Positions 48,435 to 57,015 of a stretch of 64,000 nucleotides of DNA are shown here, piece after piece. Source of the stretch: Candidatus Gottesmanbacteria bacterium (GTDB lineage: Bacteria; Patescibacteriota; Microgenomatia; UBA10105; UBA927). Under the pieces are notes generated by a model. The model searched no databases. It was given only the letters and a program-made list of their open reading frames with translations, and was not told the DNA's origin. Position numbers and translations under genes: made by a program. The stretch covers positions 696 through 64,695 of the forward strand of contig CAWBPL010000002.1 of the NCBI GenBank assembly GCA_963790805.1. Reading direction: 5' to 3'. The number at the start of each line of letters is the position of its first letter. Within the stretch, counting starts at the first letter, position 1.

Positions 48435-50154
48435 TTTCTGCAGCCGACAGCTGCGACGTGACTATTCCTTTATAGACATCGCACGTCTTCATAAGATCGT
48501 TATGGCGGCCTATTCCTGCAATTTTTCCTTCATCAAGGACGATAATCTGATCGGCATCTATAACGGTACTCACCCGCTGGGCAACAATAAGGACGGTAGA
48601 ATTTTTGGTTTCGCCTTTGAGCGCCGCGCGAAGACGCGCGTCTGTTTTAAAGTCGAGCGCTGAAAATGTATCATCGAATACGTAAATTTCAGGCTTCCGG
48701 ACGAGCGCCCGAGCGATTGAAAGCCGCTGCATCTGTCCGCCGGAAACGTTCGTGCCGCCCTGCGATATCTGGGAGTCAAACTTGTCCGGCATTTTTGAAA
48801 TAAATTCACTGGCCTGCGCGACCTCTGCGGCGTGTTTGATTTCAGATTCCGTCGCATCTTCTTTGCCATAGCGAAGGTTTGCATTGATCGTCCCTGAAAA
48901 AAGGATTGCTTTTTGCGGCACAAATCCGATTTTGGCCCGCAGTTCTTCCTGCGTCATGTCCCGTGTGTCCATGCCGTCAACAAGAACACGCCCTTTTTCC
49001 ACATCATAAAAACGCGGGATGAGGTTCACGAGCGTCGATTTGCCCGATCCTGTACCGCCGATGATTGCCGTGACTTCTCCGGGAAGGGCCTCGAATGTTA
49101 TATCGGTAAGCGCCGGTTTTTCCGCACCGTGATAGCTGAACGTCACGTGATCAAATTCCACATACCCGTGTTTCTTACTCGCTTTTTTGGCCCCTTTGGG
49201 ATCATTGATTTCAGGAGTGATTGCCAGCACTTCGTTAATACGTGTTGCCGATGCCTCTGCCCTCGGAATCATGACGAATGTGACAGCGACCATAAGAAGC
49301 GAAAAAAGAATCTGGAACGCATACTGCAAAAATGCAAACATGGCTCCCAGTTCCAGCTTATCGGCTGCCACTCGTTTGCTTCCGAACCAGATAATAGCGA
49401 CACTCGACATGTTAATGGTAAGCATCATAACCGGCATCATGGTAGCCATCAGCTGATTGACCCGAATAGCTACGTTTGTGACGTCGTGATTGGCAACGTC
49501 AAAGCGCTCCTCCTCGTGTTTAATCCGGTTAAACGCCCGCACTACCCTGACACCGGTGAGATTTTCATCAAGAATCAGATTCAGCTTATCCAGCTTGATC
49601 TGCATAACGCTGAAGAGCGGAATGGCTTTAATAAGCAGTACAACAATAACAGTGACCAGAAACGGCATAATCGCAACCAGCACCCACGCCAAGCCTACAT
49701 CTTCATGGAGGGCCAAAATAATGCCGACGACGAGCGTAATGGGAGCCGTAATAAGGAGGTTGAAAATCATCACCATGACCTGCTGGATCTGGTTTGTGTC
49801 GTTGGTTGTACGCGTAATAAGCGATGCTGTGCTTATGGTATCGAATTCATGGAGCGAAAAATGCTGGACTTTTTTAAAAATATCGGCCCGCATGAGGGTA
49901 CACATGCCTGTAGCTATCTGGGAGGAATAATAGATTCCGACGACCGCACATATGGTGCCCGCAATTGCCACAAGCGCCATATAACCGCCGGTCCTCCAGA
50001 TGAATGCCGTATCAAAGGTCGAAATGCCTTTATTGACTATGTCAGCCATGAGGGTGGGCAAATAGAGGTTGGCAACCGACTGTCCGATGGCCATGACAAA
50101 GACAAGAATGAGGAGATATTTATAAGGTTTTAAATACCGTAATTGTTTCAGCAT
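48412..50154 (-). CDS. ABC exporter half-transporter (TMD-NBD), partner subunit
   Basis: 6 TM, Walker A GGTGSGKST, signature VSGGQMQR, Walker B IYVFDDTFSALD. Overlaps the downstream partner by 23 nt. Confidence 0.9.
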   Translation of the reverse strand: MLKQLRYLKPYKYLLILVFVMAIGQSVANLYLPTLMADIVNKGISTFDTAFIWRTGGYMALVAIAGTICAVVGIYYSSQIATGMCTLMRADIFKKVQHFSLHEFDTISTASLITRTTNDTNQIQQVMVMIFNLLITAPITLVVGIILALHEDVGLAWVLVAIMPFLVTVIVVLLIKAIPLFSVMQIKLDKLNLILDENLTGVRVVRAFNRIKHEEERFDVANHDVTNVAIRVNQLMATMMPVMMLTINMSSVAIIWFGSKRVAADKLELGAMFAFLQYAFQILFSLLMVAVTFVMIPRAEASATRINEVLAITPEINDPKGAKKASKKHGYVEFDHVTFSYHGAEKPALTDITFEALPGEVTAIIGGTGSGKSTLVNLIPRFYDVEKGRVLVDGMDTRDMTQEELRAKIGFVPQKAILFSGTINANLRYGKEDATESEIKHAAEVAQASEFISKMPDKFDSQISQGGTNVSGGQMQRLSIARALVRKPEIYVFDDTFSALDFKTDARLRAALKGETKNSTVLIVAQRVSTVIDADQIIVLDEGKIAGIGRHNDLMKTCDVYKGIVTSQLSAAEIEEESHE

Positions 50155-50208
50155 ATCGATAGATAGATTCTATTTTATAGTACGTGAGACTTTACGTAAT
50201 GTCCTAAT

Positions 50209-50237
50209 TTGACACAGACTTCAAAATATATTATACT
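50209..50237 (+). promoter_or_regulatory. marR promoter TTGACA-N17-TATACT
   Basis: Followed by an AGATA-N9-TATCT inverted repeat before ATG 50268. Confidence 0.6.
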
Positions 50238-50267
50238 CTATAATAGTTAGATAATCAAACTATCTGT

Positions 50268-50702
50268 ATGAAAACTGACACTACCAACGAATTGGTTGAG
50301 ACAATATTTAAAGTCGCAAGACTTATGAAAGATGAGATGTCATATACGCACAACGTAACACATCTTAGTATATTACAGGTTCAGATGCTCTTTTTTCTCA
50401 ATCACAATAAGGATAAAAACATTTCCATGAGTGACATCGCGTCGTATTTCCGTATAGAATTACCCTCCGCAACAAGTCTCGTCAATAAGCTCTGTGAGCA
50501 GAAGTTTGTCGAGCGCCACGCTGACCAAAACGACAGAAGGCTTGTATTAATAACACTAACCAAAGAAGGGAGAACAATGTTTAATGAGGCTATGTGTGAA
50601 CGAAGAAAAAAACTCGAAAAAATTCTCTCGTACTTATCAGAAAAGGAAAAAGCAGACTTATCAAGCATCTTTAAAACACTGTATAATAAATTACAGAAAT
50701 AA
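50268..50702 (+). CDS. MarR-family transcriptional regulator
   Basis: 144 aa winged HTH (ISMSDIASYFRIELPSATSLVNKLCEQKFVER..DRR). Confidence 0.85.
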   Translation: MKTDTTNELVETIFKVARLMKDEMSYTHNVTHLSILQVQMLFFLNHNKDKNISMSDIASYFRIELPSATSLVNKLCEQKFVERHADQNDRRLVLITLTKEGRTMFNEAMCERRKKLEKILSYLSEKEKADLSSIFKTLYNKLQK

Positions 50703-50703
50703 A

Positions 50704-51801
50704 ATGAGAAATAAACCTCTATTGACGGTCCTTTGTGTTCTCGCTCTCATGGTGCTTGTTGGAATCGGCATACATTCAGCACAATCATTTAGTGGTTCAA
50801 ATTCAGGGCCGACCATAACGACATCGGTACGATTTGTCACTTCAACGATTACTGCTGACGGGTCTGTTACGGCCCAGAATCAGGCAAACCTTAATTTCCT
50901 GACAGCCGGAAAATTAGCGTATCTTCCTTTTAAAATCGGTGACAAAGTATATCAGGGACAAACCGTCGCATCGCTTGACACCTACGCGCTTCGACAGCAA
51001 TTGCAGCTGGCGGCAAACGCCTACCAGACGACCAAAAACAATATTGATCAGGCAATGGAAAATAATCAGGCCGGTGTCATAGAGGGACAGACACGGTATT
51101 CTCTGGATTACTACAATAAGCAGGGTTACGCGGCGGTCACCGAGGCTACTGTCGTGTATGATACAGTGCAGCGCATAGTAGACAATGACCTGTTAGCCGA
51201 AAATTCTGCTCAAATAAACGTTGATCTGGCCAACTACGCAGTACAACTGGCAAGCCTGACGACTCCCATTAACGGCATCGTCACCCGCGAGGACGTCACC
51301 GTCCAAGGAGTCAATGTAACGCCTGTTACCACTTTCACCGTTGAAGATCCGGATTCCATAGTCTTTCGAGCCAATGTTCCGACGGAAAATATCTACTACG
51401 TCTCCGAAGGGAGCACGGTCACCTTAGCCGTCGACGGTCTAACCAATAAATTACAGGGAACAGTTACACGCATATATCCGTCAAAAGTCATTTTACCGAG
51501 CGGTCAAGCCGTATATCAGGTTGATATTGCAAGTACTGACTTAAAAAAACAGGCGAAATTAGATGAAACAGGAACAGCAATAATCAATACGAATGCTCAA
51601 AACGTCGCGCTGGTTCCGGCATGGACCGTTTTAGCCGGCAAATATATATGGGTCGACAGCAATGGAACGCCCGAGCTTAAACAAGTCAGTGTAGGAAAAA
51701 CTCACGGAAATGAGATAGAAATCACCGGCGGGTTGTCCGAAAGCGACAAAATAATCATCGATCCGAAATTTATACCATCGCAAAAATATCAACTATTATG
51801 A
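50704..51801 (+). CDS. HlyD/efflux periplasmic adaptor (MFP) family protein
   Basis: N-terminal TM, barrel-sandwich hybrid (GDKVYQGQTVASLD) and coiled-coil hairpin. Start taken at MRNKPLL. Confidence 0.75.
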   Translation: MRNKPLLTVLCVLALMVLVGIGIHSAQSFSGSNSGPTITTSVRFVTSTITADGSVTAQNQANLNFLTAGKLAYLPFKIGDKVYQGQTVASLDTYALRQQLQLAANAYQTTKNNIDQAMENNQAGVIEGQTRYSLDYYNKQGYAAVTEATVVYDTVQRIVDNDLLAENSAQINVDLANYAVQLASLTTPINGIVTREDVTVQGVNVTPVTTFTVEDPDSIVFRANVPTENIYYVSEGSTVTLAVDGLTNKLQGTVTRIYPSKVILPSGQAVYQVDIASTDLKKQAKLDETGTAIINTNAQNVALVPAWTVLAGKYIWVDSNGTPELKQVSVGKTHGNEIEITGGLSESDKIIIDPKFIPSQKYQLL

Positions 51802-52436
51802 AAAAAATATTTTCCCGATTCAAAGATCCAAAATTTCTGAAAAAAGCCGGTAGCGTATTGGCAGTCGTTCTGCTTATTGGTTTCTATATTATTTTCCAGA
51901 AAGTAACAGGAAGAGTTTTTATTGATAACTCGCTGATTCAGACCCCCGTTATAACTATTTCCCCTTCCCTGTCGGGGAAGGTTCAGGAAATTGACGTCAA
52001 AGAAGGCCAAACGGTACAAACCGGCGACACGTTGGCAGTCGTCGGCTCGGAAACGCTTCGTGCCGATACGGACGGGCTTGTTATATCAGCTGCCGATCTT
52101 ACGGGATCAACGGTAAACCCGACATCGCAACTTATCCAGATGATCCGTCCTGTGAATATGAGAGTCGCGGGTACTATTGATGAAAATAAAGGATTAAATG
52201 CTATTCAGGTCGGACAGGTCGTTTCATTTACCGTCGATGCGCTGCCCGGCAAAACATTCTGGGGATATGTCGATGAAATTTCTCCAAGCGCAGTGGCCCC
52301 CGCTTTTTCTTTTTCCACGTCAACGGAACGGGCCACCCAGCAATTTACCGTGTATGCTAAATTTGACTCTACTCAGTACCCCGCTGTTAAAAACGGCATG
52401 TCTGCGAAAATGGTTGTCTATACCAAAACGCGTTAA
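51798..52436 (+). CDS. short HlyD-family/biotin-lipoyl-like adaptor protein
   Basis: TM anchor, ISPSLSGKVQEIDVKEGQTVQTGDTLA, 4-nt start/stop overlap with the upstream MFP gene. Confidence 0.65.
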   Translation: MKKIFSRFKDPKFLKKAGSVLAVVLLIGFYIIFQKVTGRVFIDNSLIQTPVITISPSLSGKVQEIDVKEGQTVQTGDTLAVVGSETLRADTDGLVISAADLTGSTVNPTSQLIQMIRPVNMRVAGTIDENKGLNAIQVGQVVSFTVDALPGKTFWGYVDEISPSAVAPAFSFSTSTERATQQFTVYAKFDSTQYPAVKNGMSAKMVVYTKTR

Positions 52437-52539
52437 TTAAACTTCATTTGCCTCAAAGGTCAATCCGCCATCAGGTATTCTTCCATAACAGAAAGAATTT
52501 ACTGCAAATTCGTGAGGTATGTGTTATAAGTAATTGGTT

Positions 52540-54387
52540 ATGAGTATCAGTGTAATCCTTGTCACAAAAGACAGAACAAAACAGATTCAAGCATGTGTTA
52601 AAGCATTATGCAGTTTGCCTGTTGCGCCGCAACAAATTATAGTTATTGACTCGAGTTCAAATAACCTGTCGGAAACAGCCGTAAAACGGTTGTCCCATAA
52701 AAAAACGACTGATGTTATCTATAAAAGGGTCCTTGATATATCTCTGGCCTATTCCAGAAATGAAGGAATGAGATTGGCGAAAAACGATCTTATTGCGCTT
52801 ATTGGTGACGATTGCCTTCCCGATAAAAAATGGATTACGGCTCTTCTGGACGAACATACCAAACATCCGGATATAGCTATCATTGGAGGCGCTGTATTGC
52901 CAATCCAGACGAATAATTACTGGTCAAATGTTGAACAGGATCTTCTTCAATTTTCTCTCACTTCTGCTTCTAAGGAACAAGCGACACACCTGTCTACTTA
53001 TAATCTTTCATATAAAAGGAAACCTGTGGAGGCAGAGGGAATCATTTTTGATGATAATATGCCCTCACTGGATGATGTGGATTTTGTCGTAAGGGCGAAA
53101 AATAGCGGTTTAAAAACGCTCTATAGTCCCGAAATAGAGATACGCCGTACGTATAGCACAACAGTCATGGAATTTATTACCCGTTGGTTTGTCAACGGAT
53201 ACGGCGTATACGAATTCACAAAAAAACATACTCTTCGAGGACGTCGGAAAAAATATATTCAAGATATTTTTTCGAATAACGAAGCCCGGTATTTTATTCA
53301 TACGCGCAACTATGCGTCGTTATTCGGATCGTATGTGGCCCATTTCAGCAGTGGAAGCGGGTTCCTCTTCTATTATTTTTATTGGAAGCTGTATCGCTTC
53401 CTTCTGTTACATTCTCGGAGAATCAATCGCCAGATAATCGAGCTCAGTCGAACATTAAAATTAAGTTCTTCCGTTGGTTTTCCTCTTGATGTATTTATAG
53501 AACCGACAAACCTATGTAACGCGAAATGCCCGTTATGCCCTACGGGTACGGGTACATTGAAACGGGAAAAAGGTTTTATGAGTTTTGAGTTATACAAAAA
53601 AATAATTGATCAGATTAAATGGTATACCGAAAATATTTACCTTTGGAATTTAGGTGAACCGTTTCTCAACCAAGAGATATACTCCATGATTAAGTATGCA
53701 AATAAGTTTGGTATTTTCCAGATGTCCAGCACGAACGGATATGTTTTATACACAAAAGCAACGACAGTAAAAATGATTGAATCCGGCCTAAATCGTCTGA
53801 TTATCGGAATGGATGGATTAGACGCAAAAACCCTAAATACGTACCGCGTTAATGTCGATTTCGATAAACTTATGAAAGGTTTATATGTCCTAAGAGACGA
53901 AAAGGCAAAACGGCACAGTCAAAATCCAAAGATTGATTTTCAATTTATTCTCATGAAACATAATCAACACCAGCTGGAAGAAGCACGTGCTCTGGCCAAA
54001 GAGCTCAATACCGACTTTCGAATCAAGTACGTTAGTCTAGAGATGGTTGACGCGGAAAATAAGCAGCGTTTTTTACCCGATCAGGAAAGTCACAGAATTT
54101 ATGAATTGGCAAAAAGACGCTTTGCATTAAAACGGCCGTTAGTAAATAAACCCTGCGTCGCATGGGACGGGCTGGTTATCAACTGGAGCGGAACAGTTAA
54201 CCCCTGTATTTTTGATTATTACAGCAAAATTGTCCTCGGTGATGTTACGAAGGAGGGGGTAATCCCTATTTGGAGAGGCAAGATAATGAAAAATTTACGT
54301 ACCCGAATTCTGCGAGGCCGCGCAAAAATTGACATTTGTATCCGCTGTCCTATTCAGGAAAGGCTTTCGGAAGATTATTTACTATAA
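52540..54387 (+). CDS. fusion protein: GT2 glycosyltransferase + radical SAM enzyme with half-SPASM/twitch auxiliary-cluster domain
   Basis: GT-A part: ISVILVTKDR, GDDC. Hydrophobic linker. rSAM part: CNAKCPLC (CX3CX2C), GEPFLN. C-terminus: C-x11-G-x4-C ... CIRC. Confidence 0.8.
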   Translation: MSISVILVTKDRTKQIQACVKALCSLPVAPQQIIVIDSSSNNLSETAVKRLSHKKTTDVIYKRVLDISLAYSRNEGMRLAKNDLIALIGDDCLPDKKWITALLDEHTKHPDIAIIGGAVLPIQTNNYWSNVEQDLLQFSLTSASKEQATHLSTYNLSYKRKPVEAEGIIFDDNMPSLDDVDFVVRAKNSGLKTLYSPEIEIRRTYSTTVMEFITRWFVNGYGVYEFTKKHTLRGRRKKYIQDIFSNNEARYFIHTRNYASLFGSYVAHFSSGSGFLFYYFYWKLYRFLLLHSRRINRQIIELSRTLKLSSSVGFPLDVFIEPTNLCNAKCPLCPTGTGTLKREKGFMSFELYKKIIDQIKWYTENIYLWNLGEPFLNQEIYSMIKYANKFGIFQMSSTNGYVLYTKATTVKMIESGLNRLIIGMDGLDAKTLNTYRVNVDFDKLMKGLYVLRDEKAKRHSQNPKIDFQFILMKHNQHQLEEARALAKELNTDFRIKYVSLEMVDAENKQRFLPDQESHRIYELAKRRFALKRPLVNKPCVAWDGLVINWSGTVNPCIFDYYSKIVLGDVTKEGVIPIWRGKIMKNLRTRILRGRAKIDICIRCPIQERLSEDYLL

Positions 54388-54449
54388 TCCACACCGGAAG
54401 CGCTGTTTTTCTTCATGTCCAATCCGTTGATATTTTTTTTCTGGACTTC

Positions 54450-54478
54450 TAGACAATATCTTAAACCTTACGTATAAT
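54450..54478 (+). promoter_or_regulatory. promoter TAGACA-N17-TATAAT upstream of the second radical SAM gene
   Basis: Boxes at 54450-54455 and 54473-54478. Confidence 0.55.
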
Positions 54479-54525
54479 GAAAAAGTACTAGCAGTGTTCG
54501 ATACCTTACAAATCGACAACATTGT

Positions 54526-55335
54526 ATGATGAAAATACGATTACTTGGCAAAAATTCAACGCTGTATGGAGTAGCTGAAGAACACTCTCTCACGAAAAAA
54601 TTTATTGATCGAATTAAATGGGGAGTAGATGATTTATTTACCAATGTTGAAATAGAAACATCTTCCAGATGTAATCGCGTTTGTGTTTATTGTCCGAACA
54701 GCTTTAATCACCGCGGCACTTTTTTCATGCGCGAATCATTATTTTTCCGTATAATTGATCAACTGAAGGAACTCGGCTTTTCGGGAATCATACGCCCTCA
54801 TTTCTATAACGAACCGCTTCTGGATAAACGGCTTCCTGCGCTGCTCAAATACACCAGAAACTCGCTAAAACACGCAACAATTCATCTCTATACAAATGGA
54901 GATTTTCTTACGGATGAATTATTTAGCGAATTGATTAGTGCAGGAGTAAATAAATTTATAGTAACCTCTCACGATGGAACAATACGGGATGGCATGAAAA
55001 CTCTTTTATCGACACCCATGGGAAAACAATATATCTACCATCAATTTATTACAAAAAAAACCCGCTTATTAAACAGAGGCGGCACAGTGAAGGTTAATAA
55101 TCAAATTATATTAAAAACCTGCGACATACCGACAACAAATATTACAATTAACTATAAAGGGCAGGTTGTGCTCTGTTGTAACGATGCTTTATCTCAAAAT
55201 GTCATGGGGGATCTCAATACTGAAACAATTCTTGATATTTGGAGAAATCCGAAGTTTAGACAAATTCGAAAAGAAACAATGGTCGGAGATTATAAGTTAG
55301 ACATATGCAAGAAGTGTACGTATAACAAGGCTTAG
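54526..55335 (+). CDS. radical SAM enzyme with half-SPASM/twitch domain
   Basis: CNRVCVYC (CX3CX2C), FYNEPLLD, C-x12-G-x4-CC ... CKKC. Confidence 0.85.
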   Translation: MMKIRLLGKNSTLYGVAEEHSLTKKFIDRIKWGVDDLFTNVEIETSSRCNRVCVYCPNSFNHRGTFFMRESLFFRIIDQLKELGFSGIIRPHFYNEPLLDKRLPALLKYTRNSLKHATIHLYTNGDFLTDELFSELISAGVNKFIVTSHDGTIRDGMKTLLSTPMGKQYIYHQFITKKTRLLNRGGTVKVNNQIILKTCDIPTTNITINYKGQVVLCCNDALSQNVMGDLNTETILDIWRNPKFRQIRKETMVGDYKLDICKKCTYNKA

Positions 55336-55471
55336 ATAAACCTCATATTTATATGAGACTTCCGCATTATTATTCTCCATATATAACAGAGCTGTGCAAA
55401 ATTAGTCTTGAAAAAATGAATAGAGCTCTATCCTCGCGCACAATTATCATGGTAGAATAAAGTAAACCACA

Positions 55472-56983
55472 ATGAAATTTCCAAAAGTACGGACTGGCTT
55501 TATGAAATTCTTCGGCGGGAAAAAAGAAACGGTTGCCTTCTTTCTTATCCTCATTTTGTCAATAATTCTCCGGTTTGCAAATTACGGTAACAGATTCGGG
55601 ATAGCCGCCGATCAGGCGCGGGACGTACTGGTGGCACGGGAAGCACTTCGCATGCATACGCTTCCCCTCATTGGCCCGTTTTCCGCTTCGGGCCCGTATG
55701 TTTTCGGTCCGTTTTGGTATTGGGCTTTACTCATTCCCGTTGCTTTGTTTCACAATACCCTGCTCGCGCCGTGGATTTTTATTACTTCTTTGTATGTCGT
55801 TTCAGTCTTTCTTATGTTTTTGATAGGCAAAAAACTCATCAACAGCCGCTTTGCACTTTTGCTTTCCCTTATAACCGCTCTGTCTCCGGCAGAGATTCAA
55901 CTCTCAACGAATCTTATTATGTCAGCGTTTGTAGGTTTTTTATCCGTTTGTATTTTTTATTTTTTTGTACGGTACATAAAGGACAAAAAATTAGCGGACC
56001 TTTCTTTTATGTCGCTTCTTATCGGCATCGCGATAAACACCCATTTCGAAGCAGTCCCCCTTATCGTGCTACCTCCCTTGGCAATATTTTTCGGCAAGCG
56101 AAGTTTTGCTCATTGTGTGACGGCTGCAGTATTGTGTCTGATACCCTTCATACCTTTGACAATATTTAATATGCAATCTCATTCTTACGAATTCACACAT
56201 ATATTCCTTACCAACGCACCCCCGCAGAAACTTTCGCTTCTTGACAGTATAGAAGGAATCGTCAGACGCGAGGGGACGTTTATCGGTATTACGTTGCCAT
56301 ACGACTGGAATCGGGTTATTACAAAATTCCGGCCGGAGGTGGGATATGCGATTCTAATACTATTTATCGGCACACTGTATTATGCGTTTCAGAAACACCT
56401 TTTGCAAAAAGAGATTACTATTCTTTATACCGCGGCCGCAATTATTTCGGTTATTGTCGGGTATTATAACGGCGTACTTTTTGGAAATTTTCTCGAGTTT
56501 TTGAATCCTTTGTTTTTTATCTTCACCGCATGGATGTGCTTGTTTATCGTGAGGTTTAATAAATATGCGGGTATTGCCGTAACTATCGTACTTTTGACGC
56601 TCACCATATATGCTGACATAACACTTATTACAACATCAACAAATGTGGATGCCGCCCAAGGACATAGGTTTGAAAATGCTCTTACTGCTAAATATCCCAA
56701 ACAACAATTCGCCGTATATGAACGGACCACAGCTACCAAAAATGAGGCTCTGACGTTAAGTTTATTTCTCGATGTTGACGGATACAGTAGCGATACCGGT
56801 CTGAAAATCGGCGTAGCCCATATTGGTGCTCCGGTGAACCATCAGGTAATATTTGATGACCTCACGACCGGCGTCAGAATCTATAATCTTGACGGTACAC
56901 CGGATACAGAACTTGCCAAAGAAAGTTTTACTCCCTACAACCAGAATAAGATATATGCATCAGTAGAGGATTGGTACAAATAG
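55472..56983 (+). CDS. GT-C fold glycosyltransferase (ArnT/PMT_2-like), ~12 TM
   Basis: 503 aa polytopic protein. The first extracytoplasmic loop carries acidic residues (IAADQARDVLVARE), and there is a soluble C-terminal domain. Confidence 0.6.
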   Translation: MKFPKVRTGFMKFFGGKKETVAFFLILILSIILRFANYGNRFGIAADQARDVLVAREALRMHTLPLIGPFSASGPYVFGPFWYWALLIPVALFHNTLLAPWIFITSLYVVSVFLMFLIGKKLINSRFALLLSLITALSPAEIQLSTNLIMSAFVGFLSVCIFYFFVRYIKDKKLADLSFMSLLIGIAINTHFEAVPLIVLPPLAIFFGKRSFAHCVTAAVLCLIPFIPLTIFNMQSHSYEFTHIFLTNAPPQKLSLLDSIEGIVRREGTFIGITLPYDWNRVITKFRPEVGYAILILFIGTLYYAFQKHLLQKEITILYTAAAIISVIVGYYNGVLFGNFLEFLNPLFFIFTAWMCLFIVRFNKYAGIAVTIVLLTLTIYADITLITTSTNVDAAQGHRFENALTAKYPKQQFAVYERTTATKNEALTLSLFLDVDGYSSDTGLKIGVAHIGAPVNHQVIFDDLTTGVRIYNLDGTPDTELAKESFTPYNQNKIYASVEDWYK

Positions 56984-57015
56984 CTTCTTTTCTGAACGCA
57001 TAACTCTTAGAATCT

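Noticed and set aside
54415-54477. 20-codon ORF (MSNPLIFFFWTSRQYLKPYV) upstream of the second radical-SAM gene, considered as a precursor peptide.
   Set aside because: It overlaps the TAGACA-N17-TATAAT promoter, so it would largely lie upstream of the transcription start. It has no Cys/Ser/Thr-rich core.
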